This document shows, one piece after another, positions 1 to 10,351 of a stretch of 23,762 nt of DNA. A program made the position numbers and the translations under genes. Every line of letters begins with the position of its first letter. Within the stretch, counting starts at the first letter, position 1. Source of the stretch: Tubiluchus corallicola (taxonomy: Eukaryota > Animalia > Priapulida); the NCBI GenBank assembly GCA_030141605.1, contig JAQGDQ010001834.1, positions 1 through 23,762 of the forward strand. Direction: 5' to 3'. The notes under the pieces were generated by a model. It searched no databases. It saw nothing but the letters and a program-made list of their open reading frames with translations, and was not told where the DNA came from.

Positions 1-25
1 CTAAATAAAGATAAAACTGAAGAGT

Positions 26-50
26 ATTCAATTCAATTCAATTCAATTCA
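26..50. repeat. (ATTCA)5 microsatellite, possibly the 3' tail of a minus-strand retroposon
   Basis: Five perfect ATTCA units. On the minus strand they follow AATAAAC, a layout common at LINE/SINE 3' ends. Confidence 0.7.
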
Positions 51-112
51 AAAGGTTTATTTATCTCTAATATAATATTTTTAGCGCAAATGCAACAATA
101 AAGTATCACATA

Positions 113-690
113 AAAAGAAAATGCAAATACTTAGGCAGTCTTCTAGCAACAGATGAACGTATGTCAAGAACTAGCTGCGTATTAACAAAAAAATTTGAAA
201 GTAAGAGGATCAGTCTAAAAACAAAAATAAGAATCCTTGCTGCACTTGTGGAAACTGTCTTTCTCTACAACTCAAAATAATGGACAATCAAAGCACAAAA
301 CAAATCAGAAATTAATGCATTTCAAAAAAGAAACTACAGGAACATTATTGGAATAAAATGGCCAAACAAGATATCAAACCGGGATTTGCATAATAAAGTC
401 AATGCAGAAGAATGGACAGTCAAAATCGAAAGGAGAAGCATAGGACTAGTTATATGACTACCAGATGACAGCCTATTAAAGTTAACTTTCAAAGAAGCAC
501 GGTGTCAAGAAAAGAAACTGCAAGGAGGACAGCTGCTGACTTTCATCAGTTTCATCCAAAAAGAACTTATCAACGCACCATTAGATATAAAAAATACAGA
601 GACATGGGAAGTTGCACGTGACAGGGCAGCATTTACTAAAATGATTGCAGGGGTCATGTCAGAGGACGTGTGACTCCAGAGATGATGATG
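113..690 (+). mobile_element. 5'-truncated, degenerate RTE-clade non-LTR retrotransposon (C-terminal part of the RT ORF plus tail)
   Basis: Manual translation gives KCKYLGSL...ISLKTKIRILAALVETVFLYNSK*WTIK...INAFQKRNYRNIIGIKWPNKISNRDL...WEVARDRAAFTKMI. This matches the KYLGS and post-RT 'LYxxExWT...F...R.I..I.W...ISN' pattern of RTE LINEs. It has an internal stop, a terminal TGA at 671-673 and a short (GAT)n tail. Confidence 0.8.
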
Positions 691-812
691 GTTTCTGTAA
701 TAATGATCTATTGTCACCATCATTGAAGATCAGTGCATTCTTTTGAAGATACCTGTCAGGTTATCTACTATTTTTGTATCATATATGACATGCAAATATG
801 TGGTGAAAAAGA

Positions 813-814
<2 letters not shown>

Positions 815-872
<58 letters not shown>
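815..872. repeat. (AT)29 microsatellite
   Basis: Perfect dinucleotide run. Confidence 0.97.
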
Positions 873-875
<3 letters not shown>

Positions 876-969
876 TGTCTATTTTATGTCTTATTACTCT
901 CCTCTTTCTCTAATATTATAATGTATCAATCCAGTTCGGCGAGTTGTGCAACAAATTCAACTTGAATGC

Positions 970-979
970 ATGACGTCAT
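970..979. promoter_or_regulatory. Palindromic CRE/ATF site ATGACGTCAT, candidate element of the SNX13 promoter
   Basis: Full TGACGTCA consensus, with a half site (GTGACGT) about 35 bp downstream. It lies upstream of the SNX13 5'UTR acceptor. Function is inferred only. Confidence 0.3.
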
Positions 980-2098
980 CAGTTTTATCGTACACTGTGT
1001 GACCATGGTGACGTTTTTCGCAGATTAATTTGGCAGAAATTTGCCTAATTTGTGATTAAAACAGATAAAGCATTTTGTGTTGTTTATTATAATTATTATT
1101 TGTTTGGATGGTTTTCATAGCAGCTTGTGCACACTTCACGTTCTATGTATGCTTTGAACATATCACTCTGCCTGGTAAAATTGCGTAAACTCAGTACAAT
1201 ATATTATTAGAAAGTTACAGTATTAATACTATAGATTTACTAATTATGTATGATACGAAGCTGACTTATAACATATCAATTATTTTCAGAAGAAAAATCC
1301 TGGGATGGTAATGAGGTTATTTTTAAAAACTACGAAAAAAACTATAACTTAAGTGACAGATTACATGACAAACACAAATAAAACAGATTGAATAATGCTT
1401 ACAATGAAAAAACGTAAAAGAAGAAGAAAACCTACCAAGTGAACACAATAATATTTTTGCAAGATTATTTAGAAAAATCAAAAGATGCTGAAAAATCTGA
1501 ATCTGAACAACTACACTGAATAACAATCTGAACAACAACTAGGCCTAGATTCCTAATCAAAACAAAATTGAAAGTAAAAGCCTCGTCACTTTTTATGCAT
1601 ACGTGAGGAAGAGAAATAGTGAAGTCAAATTCCAACACTTACACGTGAGATCTATCTGTATTTACAAATTCTGCACTTGACAAACCTCACCTGTGTAGCA
1701 TAGTTTGGTGTCATCAATAAAGATATTAGTAAAGTCAGCATATCTCAACAAGACCGTCTTTGGGGAAATGAGCATAGTTAGATATATTTACCTTATAGAG
1801 CTAACAAAAATTTAATCACGTATCTATTTACTAGCAGATTTATTGGAATAAAAAGTTTAGAAGTTTTTAGTCACAATAATAAGTGTTTAAAAGAAAACTG
1901 GACGATTGTGTCAGCATTAGTTCACAATAAAGAATGCCCGAAAATATTGAAAACTACAACAGCTTTTTTTAAATCAAAATTTTAGATTAAATAATAATTA
2001 TCTCAGATACAGATAATCAAATTTTGTTAAACTTTCAAAGCTACGCGCGGCTCAGAACGATGCCCTATTATGTTTAAATGGTTCTTAGACATTGTTAC

Positions 2099-3358
2099 TA
2101 GTGTTGCTCCGGATAGCGAATATCCGATGTTATTGAATATTTCCTCAAATTGACTTCCGGATTCGGATTATATCCAGATAGGTTAGCTATATTTGGATCG
2201 AATATACAGATCGGTTTGGATAATGAAAAATTAGTAAATGTTTGCAGACTTTAGCATTTTCATTCAGTCTGTCAAAAAAGACTTTCATCTTAAAGGATCT
2301 TGCCCAAAGATACACCATATTGCCACACGCAAACGAAAAAAGATAAAGATGTGTGTAAAATTTTCGTCTTGAAAACTCAAACATAGGCTAAAACAATCTA
2401 AGTTTTTTGGTAATATTTTGTGTAGATATTTTCGGCTGTTAAATTATGCGAAAACCGTTTTCAATTGCACATAACATAAACTGGATAGGGAATATTTGCG
2501 AATATCAAATTTTTAAAACTACTGGATAATATCGGATACGAATACTCGTAGAATCTCGCGAATACCACCTGTTGGGAGCCGAGTGGACCACTGCGCCAAG
2601 TAGACCACTTGATGCGCTAAAAGTAGTGTCCTACATGGGCAGCCCAAGTAGGACACTAGCGATTTTTGTCGAGAATCGGTAATTTTGTCAAATTTTTGAA
2701 AATTCTGTGAAAGTTTCTTCATTTTATTATTTACAGAAATAATTGCAAATTTAAAAATAAGACAGATGCTGCTAAGCCGTCACAACACCAAAAAGTAAAT
2801 TTTAACATTTAAGAAAAGCAAGGATAATTAGTTTTAATATTATCAGTAGTATTGTAACATGTAGGGCACTGTCCTACATGGCTCGCTAGCCCATGTAGGA
2901 CACATAGATCGCTAGAACGTTTACTTATAAGAAAACAATTATTTGCCCAAGAGGTAGTGGAACCGATCACCTGTTTGTGAAGTGAGACAAAATCAAAAAT
3001 GATATACCTTAAACAAATTTTGTATTCGCAAAAAAGTGGTTTTTTTTCACTTCAACAACATTAATATCGAAACCAAATTTAATATTGTCCTTTCTACCAG
3101 CTCAGAATAAAATTCTTTTATTTTATTAGATGTATAATAAATTATTCAACGTGTACTAACGTTTTTAATTATTATTATTACATAAACAAGCACAACGGAC
3201 GGTGTCAGTACACTTAACGACTCAATTCCCGACCTGTCTCTAGTGTCCTACTTGGGCAGCCCAAGTAGACCAATTGGTCTACTTGGCGCAGTGGTCCACT
3301 CGGCTCCCAACACCACCATTTTCGGATACGAATCGGATATCCGGTCGGAGCAACACTA
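2099..3358. mobile_element. Non-autonomous hAT-type DNA transposon (MITE), interrupted by a nested element
   Basis: 13-bp TIRs TAGTGTTGCTCCG (2099-2111) and CGGAGCAACACTA (3346-3358). 8-bp TSD ATTGTTAC (2091-2098) / ATTTTTAC (3359-3366), 7/8 match. Many subterminal CGGATA/TATCCG motifs. Confidence 0.8.
2570..3312. mobile_element. Non-autonomous TIR element with TGT...ACA ends and a 5-bp TSD (Ginger-like), nested in the hAT MITE
   Basis: Perfect 38-bp TIR TGTTGGGAGCCGAGTGGACCACTGCGCCAAGTAGACCA and its reverse complement ending at 3312. TSD CCACC at 2565-2569 and 3313-3317. Internal palindromic GTCCTAC..GGC..GCCC..GTAGGAC motif near 2626, 2870 and 3243. The superfamily call is inferred from the ends only. 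Confidence 0.85.
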
Positions 3359-3595
3359 ATTTTTACTAAGTCCTTAGGGGTTTTATTGACAAGAAATTAT
3401 TAGTAATTCTGCAATATGTATAAGAAAAAAATTAAAAAAAAACAAAATGAAAAATATTTGTTTGTTTGATGATTGTACGTTTTTCTGTTTTGATGATTGT
3501 GTGTTTGTCTGTTTTTCAGTTTAGGTGTAACTGATGTATCTCTCCAACAACTATGTCATCAATAGCTACATGATGTGAAATGCTGTCTAAGTGGC

Positions 3596-4963
3596 ATGTC
3601 GTCATATTTTGCAAATATTTCTTTTCTTGGCTGGATTGGCCTGTTTTTAGCACTTTTTCTGAGTTCTTTTGGCTTATCTACGTTCTTGCGCATTGTTGCG
3701 GCTCTCTGTGCTTTTTTAACTGGTTGCGGACTGCTACTATATAGTGGAACAGAAAAGGTTTTGCCACTTCTTAGAGAAAGATTAATGTTTAATCCTTGGG
3801 GCGCAGTCCGTGTCGGCGTTCCTATATCTTCCGTCGGCGATTCCCGGTCAAAGTATGTTAAACTCGACCGGCGCTTGACCGGTTCTTCACTGATAGATGA
3901 ACCTCTCCGAGAGGTTCTACATTATGCATTCCGAGACTACGTGCAGACTTGGTACTACACGAACATTAGCGACGACCAAAAATTTCTGCAAGATTTAAGA
4001 AGCACGGCTCAGCAGATTATCGTCAGGTCAGCAGATCTGTCGAAAAATGTAGACTGGGTCTCATACCTGACCACTCGTCTTGTCGACGACTTTGCTACTC
4101 ATTTGAGAATATACAGGAAGTCGGAGCTGAAGGTGAGGGAGCATCGAACAGATGAAGTGAAGCCTCCGTTAGTGAGTGTGTTTTTCGACACCGAATTAGA
4201 GTTGGAGAATTACAGCTTGTGTCGAGACCGAATTTGTTTATCCGGCGAACACGAGCGCGAATATCTGCGCACTCTTGCCGAAGTTTTGCTCTATTTACTT
4301 CTTTCTGCTGATGATTTCCAGAATAAGCCGTTTCGCTTGCTAGCCAGGGAACTTTTAGTGAACAAAATACTCATACCAATGGTTGAGTTGCTTTCAGATC
4401 CCGATTACATAAATCAAAAAATTATTTATTTCACCAAAGAACAGTCGCTGATTCCTGATGCTTTTGTTGATGCCCTAAGATTGTCAAACAACATTGATGA
4501 GGCCGAATCCATAAGAATCATAGTTAACCACGAAATTGCGCTGCAACGTTCAAAAGATTCTCGGGACGATGACACTAACATAAAAGAACAACTGCAGAGT
4601 TTGCTGTTCGTCAAAAATACTGTAGAAAGTCAGATACGTCGCATGGCTGAGGGAGACGAAACAGATTCCATTGGTTTGCCCTCTAGCGTCGATATGAATC
4701 GTTTGTTAGTGCCGGGAGCAAGGCTGTTTAATCTGTCTCTAGAAGCCGTCTTAAGCAACAGTTTAGCATTGTCATACTTTATTGACTATATGAGCAGCAT
4801 TGGCTGCCAACAGTACATATTCTTCTACCTTACTGTGGAAGGTTATCGAGTCACGGCCGAGCAACAGTTGTCTGCTGCACATTTAAATAAGGTCACCGAT
4901 CCATCTGCTCCGCCTATGAGCACGCTTCCACTCAGCGAGGCTGCTAAGACTATATGTGATCAG
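3596..4963 (+). CDS. SNX13: Sorting nexin-13, coding exon 1 (TM segments, PXA domain, start of RGS domain)
   Basis: First in-frame ATG at 3596 (MSSYFANISFLGWIGLF). Hydrophobic N-terminus; LDRRLTGSSLIDEPL...RDYVQTWY...YLTTRLVDDFATHLR (PXA); LSNSLALSYFIDYM...FYLTVEGYRVTAEQQL (RGS). Donor CAG|GTAAGA at 4963/4964, phase 0. Confidence 0.93.
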
Positions 4964-5413
4964 GTAAGATGTTGTGCATTGTAACCTTTGTGGTTATACT
5001 GTTATGGATGTGCGAAAGTTCACATTATTGTAGCCATTAGTAAAGATATCAGCGTAAGAAGTTTGATCAAAAACTTTAATAGTACTGTTCACTTTATTTA
5101 TTTTGAGTGCAAACCGTAGTTAAGTTTATTTAAATTGGACAGACAGTTAAAAATTTGAAATATAGTTATGTATTTTTAACTTTCTAAAAAAGGAATAATT
5201 TTCACTAGTTTTAACTAATATGGTTAAGTAGGTTTAAAAATCCAGTTTGAGATCAGGTAGGCAAGTTTGACTAATTCTGACATTAGATTTCATATTTCAC
5301 AAATTTCATGGGTTACATTTAACCCCTCAATTATATAACATGAATTCTGTTAGATTTTTTTGGTTCCAAATGGTTATTGATTATTGCTACTTTTTGCATT
5401 TTAGTTATACAGC

Positions 5414-5877
5414 TTTTGTTTATCCGTAAACAAGGATGATAATGTAACATTTAGTTGTTTATAATTCCTAGATGCCGTTATCTGAGCCATATTACAATTT
5501 GTTTGTTTTGTTTATCCGTAAACAAGGATGATAATGTAACATTTAGTTGTTTATAATTCCTAGATGCCGTTATCTGAGCCATATTACAATTTGTTTGTTT
5601 TGTTTATCCGTAAACAAGGATGATAATGTAACATTTAGTTGTTTATAATTCCTAGATGCCGTTATCTGAGCCATATTACAATTTGTTTGTTTTGTTTATC
5701 CGTAAACAAGGATGATAATGTAACATTTAGTTGTTTATAATCCATAGATGCCGTTATCTGAGCCATATTACAATTTGTTTGTTTTGTTTATCCGTAAACA
5801 AGGATGATAATGTAACATTTAGTTGTTTATAATCCATAGATGCCGTTATCTAAGCCGTATTACAATTTGTTTGTTTT
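5414..5877. repeat. Intronic minisatellite, 5 x 92 bp near-identical tandem copies
   Basis: TATCCGTAAACAAGG recurs at 5421, 5513, 5605, 5697 and 5789 (period 92) with only a few substitutions and no unique spacers. The array ends 9 nt before SNX13 exon 2. Confidence 0.95.
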
Positions 5878-5886
5878 AAACTGCAG

Positions 5887-6024
5887 TATCTGTCGGAGAA
5901 AGCTTCTCCTAAACTCAAACTTGATGAAGCCATGGTGAAAAGATTGTTGACAACTATGAATACTCAACCTGTAACAGAAAACTTATTTGACGAAGTACAA
6001 TCCCGAGTTTACGACGTACTTCAG
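5887..6024 (+). CDS. SNX13: Sorting nexin-13, coding exon 2 (RGS domain); absent from the ORF track
   Basis: CTGCAG| acceptor. Translates YLSEKASPKLKLDEAMVKRLLTTMNTQPVTENLFDEVQSRVYDVLQ, matching the SNX13 'YLSEKASP...FD..Q..VY' segment. Donor |GTAAAG; 138 nt, phase 0/0. Confidence 0.92.
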
Positions 6025-6365
6025 GTAAAGTAGTTTAGCGTATGAGTGCTAACTATGTAATAATTCACTGTAGAGCATTTGAAACGGCTGCGTTAATTAG
6101 TTTCTGTTCGGGGCATTAATGAGCTAAATTAAAGAATTTGTGTGATGCGCTAAATTTTGTTTATTGTCAAGCTTGGGAACATGATGGCTTCTCCAATCTG
6201 CTGTCCCAAGTTTTTGATAAGGTGGTTTTATCTTCTCATGTTTATGATCTAGCCAGGTGCACTTCTTTAGGTTTTGCTGATAGGAAGTTAAAACTAGCTA
6301 ATTTGTTTAAGCCATATATGAAGAAGGATATTCTTACACTGTTTGATAACAAAACTGATAATATA

Positions 6366-6826
6366 CAGTCAACCTCGGGTATAAGGTACTCGCTTATAAG
6401 GAACCACCAACACCGGTCCTGATTTTTCGTAACGTTTTTCCTATGTAAATAAGGTAGTCAGATATAAGGGACTTTCGGTTATAAGGGACGATGTCTTCAG
6501 GTCCCGCGTAATAGAAACCTACGTAAATTACCTCGCATATAAGTGACCCTATGATCAAAGCGAAATTGATCGATTGTTAACTTCAATTTTTCACAAACTC
6601 GGCCTTCGAACAGCTCGGTTTCCCCGGTCACATACATCTCGCATTACTGAAGGAGCTTCCTACATACCGTTTGCACTGAATGTGTAGCAATAATCCATAA
6701 AAATATGGATAAAAGTACAGGTCTAGATACACCCTTGGTCTGACTCAACTTCGGCTATAAGGGACATGTGAGATAAGGGATGGTTTTTCCCGGTCCGTGG
6801 GTATCCCTTATATCCCAGGTTGACTG
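6366..6826. mobile_element. Tc1/mariner superfamily (pogo/Tigger-like) MITE
   Basis: TA|CAGTCAACCTCGGGTATAAGG ... CCTTATATCCCAGGTTGACTG|TA. TA TSD, imperfect ~21-bp TIR, internal ATAAGGGA repeats. Confidence 0.85.
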
Positions 6827-7183
6827 TACATATAGAAAACTTCTATTCACTCACTGTAATAACGGCTTAATAGCAGAGTCATTTCTGAGTAAATGATTTA
6901 TGTATTTAAGTTCAGCCGCTCTTAACAAAACAAATAGCTATCATTTGCTCTACAAAGGCCACCCAATACGTGTCGTTGTTGTCTGTTCTTGCCTCTGAAT
7001 ACAGGAGAACGGCAGACAAAAGAAGTGTTTGATTATATAGTCATTGTCCAATTCAACTGGAGAACTGGGTTTATTTATTCTTCTGGTTCTGGTTCGAAAA
7101 AATAATTAAAGGATTGCAATAGCTTTTATATATCGTTTTATTTAAGCTCGAATTTTTCTTTGCCTTGTTTGTAATACATAGTA

Positions 7184-7578
7184 CAGTCGACCCTCGTTAA
7201 ACCGGACCCCGTTAGCCCGGATATCGGATAAGACGGACGTCATTCGTGGTAAAGGAAACTGACCGATTTCCGAGCTGGAGCGCTAAACACAACACGGCCT
7301 ACAACTCACCACGAGCCATTGACGGGCCGAAATTCAGTTTGCTTACCCCATCAAAAGCACTCGCTAATTTCTTTATGCTCTCAAAGGTTAACTATTTTAA
7401 TGTAATATACAGTATAGTATATAGTGCAATGTATATAGGCCTTATTAAGGTGATTATTCCTGTATAATAATATAGAGTCTATATTATAGACCATATATAG
7501 GCATATCGGATAAATCGGACAATCGGCTAAACCAGACCACCCCCCCCCCCATTTGTCCGGCTTAACGAGGGTTGACTG
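7184..7578. mobile_element. Tc1/mariner superfamily (pogo/Tigger-like) MITE
   Basis: TA|CAGTCGACCCTCGTTAAACCGGAC ... GTCCGGCTTAACGAGGGTTGACTG|TA. 24-bp TIR with 2 mismatches, TA TSD. Confidence 0.87.
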
Positions 7579-7736
7579 TATTTGGCTATTCATCCGCAGG
7601 TGGATCAAGCTTGTAAGTTTGTACATGCTGAACTATCAATTTCCTTCAAAATATTACTAATTTGAGCAACTCTTCAAATAGAAATGGGCTCTTTAACTTG
7701 TATTTTGCTGTTAAAGTACCTTGTGCAATGTGTGCG

Positions 7737-7898
7737 GTAAAGCAAACTGGATATTTGCATTTTCTCATAAGCGTATGTATGTTTTTATCAGGAAGACAGA
7801 TTTTTCCCAGCATTCACAGTAAAGCAAACTGGATATTTGCATTTTTTTATAAGTGCATGTATGTTTTTATCAGGAAGACAGATTTTTCCCAGCATTCA
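7737..7898 (+). repeat. 82-bp tandem duplication spanning the SNX13 exon 3 acceptor
   Basis: GTAAAGCAAACTGG...TTTTTATCAG|GAAGACAGATTTTTCCCAGCATTCA starts at 7737 and at 7819. Four mismatches, all in the intronic part. Confidence 0.93.
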
Positions 7899-7989
7899 AA
7901 CGAAGTCAGATGTACATTAAACTCCTAGCAGAATTAGACTTGCTCAAAGATTCGAGTAAATCAGAGGATGAAGATGATGCTTCGTCCAG
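7874..7989 (+). CDS. SNX13: Sorting nexin-13, coding exon 3 (end of RGS domain and linker); absent from the ORF track
   Basis: TTTTTATCAG| acceptor. Translates EDRFFPAFKRSQMYIKLLAELDLLKDSSKSEDEDDASS, matching SNX13 'RF.P.F....Y...LAELD.LKD'. Donor AG|GTAAGA, phase 2. Confidence 0.92.
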
Positions 7990-9065
7990 GTAAGATCGAC
8001 ACGAGCTGCAGCAGTTAGCGATAAACTAACGTCATTGCACTAGAATCAAGCATATGGCATTGCCAGAGTAATTTAGTACTCTGGTATCATAGTCTATGTG
8101 CAAAGATTTCTCTTTAACACAAGTGCATGGTTTTCGGGCACACCTGCTTCTGTAAAATGGCCAGAAAACTAATCAATTATAGAATCAATTTCAAATCTGA
8201 TTAATCAATTATGAAAATGCAACTGATGTCTCACCACTATTTTATTATGGAAATTATTTTGAAGTTACTGTCCTGATTAGTATGTTTTTGTAAATTTATT
8301 AGAGTCATTCATGTAACAAAACAAAGATATTATAGTAATATTGAAAATATATAACACTTCAATTAAAAAATTTGCACAAGTACCATCTTCCACAATATGT
8401 GTGTTTTGGTATACTATTTTTTTTTGAAGTCGTTTTTGTCTGAGTGTCTTTTTAGAGAGAAACATTTTGTTTTGCTGACTAAACATAGACATAGAACATT
8501 TATTTTCTCCAATGAGTTTAACATCAAAAGTTTTTTAAATATTACGTAGTTATAATCATGGAGCAGGGCAGGGAAGGACCATAGGGTCAACTAGTCTCCT
8601 GCCCTTTCTTAATATAAATAGATTAGTCATATTAAAAATTAACGGTGATGCTGCAGATAACAAAAACAAAAACAAATAAGAAAAAATACAAATAAAAATA
8701 GTATAAATGATGCAAATTATCCAAAAAGAACTGAAAACAAAAAATAATAAAGTTGGATACCAAAATCTAAACAAAACAATACAATTATTCAGTAATTAGG
8801 ATTATCATATGTAGTAGTTTCAAATTGGCTCTATTAATAGGGGAATTTGACCAAGGTTAGTGAGTAAAGTTAAAAAAACTGAGAGTATGGAAAGATAAAA
8901 TAAGTATCAAAAAAGTGTAATATAGAAAAAATTAAGAGAAAAAGTAAGTATGAGAAAGAGCAACAATTACTTAGGAGATGAGGAGAAAAAAAACTAATGT
9001 GATTAACGTGAATGCAGTTTTCTCTAGTTGAAGAGTTTGCATATTGATTACTGTGTGTTTTGCAG

Positions 9066-10344
9066 GGGTAGTAGTTTGCAAGGATCTGCTGAAGACTTGA
9101 GCAATTTAATGGAGGCAAGTGAGAGTGAAAGTTCAGTACTTGACACAACTTTAACTGCATCTTCAAGTGACACTGATAACAGCTTACCTATAACTGCCCA
9201 CATAATTCAAGCTGGGATTGTAAAGAGAACTTCTAAACCTTACGCGGTCTATAAAATAGCCGTAACTTGTTATGAACCGAAAGAAGAATCGTGGCAGGTG
9301 TTGCGCCGCTATAGTGACTTTCACGGTCTCAACACGAACGTCAAGAGTCGTTTTCCAAGTACGTCTAATCTGAATCTGCCCGGCAAAAAAACGTTCAATA
9401 ACTTGGATAAAGAATTTTTGGAGAGAAGACGAAGAGAGTTGAATATTTATTTGCAGAAACTGTTGAACCCTGATCTGCTGAAAACAAATGATGGGCTTTA
9501 TGAACTCGTTTTGCAGTTTTTTGAACAGGGTTCGTACGAAAAAGGGAGAGGTCAGTTTTCCCGGACTGTGGACACTTTTGTCAATCCGCTAAAGAACTCT
9601 GTGAGTAAAGTTGGTCGTGTTGTGACTTCGGTGCCGGAAAATATTTATGGTGGGGTGACTAGAGTGAGTACTGAAATCGGACGAATGAGCGGGACCATGA
9701 AAGACGGGTTAAGCAAGGTGCTGAACCTTCAAGTTTTGAAATCCGGTTCTTATTACGACGTTTGCAAAGTGGCGGCAAGTGTTGACATGGAGTATGACGA
9801 CAACATTCCCTTGCGAATTCTTTTATTGCTCATGGATGAAATGTTTGACTTGCAGAATCGGAATCAGTGGCTCAGGCGACGCATTGTCCTCTTCACTCGA
9901 CAACTCATCAATGCCACGTTCGGTGACATGATCAATAGGCGTATCGTTGACTACGTTGAATGGATTACGTCTCCGCAACTAATATCGGTTTACTTGAAGT
10001 CATTCCGAGATGCATTTTGGCCTAGCGGGCGTCCTGCCGACAGGTTACCTCCAAGGGACCAAAACACAAAGATGCGTACGCGCGTCATAGCAAGAACAAA
10101 ACTGCTCGGCAGCATGCCGGACGAACTAAGGACGCTTGTTGGGAACGAAACCACAAAGCATGGCGTGCAACGTGTTTCTGACATGTTTCAGATTCGTGAG
10201 TTAAACCGCAGGCTCGTTTATGTGCTTTTGGAAGGTTTACTCGAAACGCTGTTTCCAGAAAATAATTTTCACGAGCTTTTTCTGACTATTCATTCCAAAT
10301 CGCCGCGCGTGAAAGGCAAAACGCAGCAGGCCAATGTTAAATAA
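9066..10344 (+). CDS. SNX13: Sorting nexin-13, last coding exon (PX and PXC/Nexin_C domains)
   Basis: TTTTGCAG| acceptor at 9065 fits phase 2 (AG+G = Arg). PX motifs WQVLRRYSDF and LPGKKTFNN...FLERRR; PXC motif DDNIPLRILLLLMDEMFDLQNRNQWLRR...FRDAFWP. Stop TAA 10342-10344. Confidence 0.94.
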
Positions 10345-10345
10345 G

Positions 10346-10351
10346 AATAAA
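10346..10351 (+). promoter_or_regulatory. AATAAA, candidate proximal polyadenylation signal of SNX13
   Basis: Canonical hexamer 1 nt after the stop. A longer AT-rich 3'UTR is equally possible. Confidence 0.25.

Larger units (their letters stand above)
3596..10344 (+). other. SNX13: Sorting nexin-13 gene span (4 coding exons, 2901 nt CDS, 966 aa)
   Basis: join(3596..4963,5887..6024,7874..7989,9066..10344). All introns are GT-AG, with phases 0,0,2 consistent. Domain order TM hairpin-PXA-RGS-PX-PXC. An upstream acceptor (TTTTTCAG at 3519 or TTTAG at 3524) implies a non-coding first exon. Confidence 0.92.

Noticed and set aside
733-921. 62-aa ORF with IYIYIY run
   Set aside because: Translation of the (AT)n microsatellite. 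The same applies to the start of ORF 16702..16914.
3575-3595. ORF-track GTG start for SNX13, and ORF extensions past donors or before acceptors (4964-4984, 9028-9065)
   Set aside because: This is a eukaryotic gene: the first in-frame ATG is at 3596 and the other extensions are intronic.
5414-5877. CRISPR-like array
   Set aside because: Head-to-tail 92-bp units with no unique spacers, inside a spliceosomal intron, and no cas genes.
6138-9166. Short intronic ORFs (6138..6422, 7246..7467, 7381..7626, 7662..7928, 8277..8492, 8556..8774, 8870..9166)
   Set aside because: No recognisable domains. They overlap MITEs, low-complexity DNA or the wrong frame or strand of SNX13 exons.
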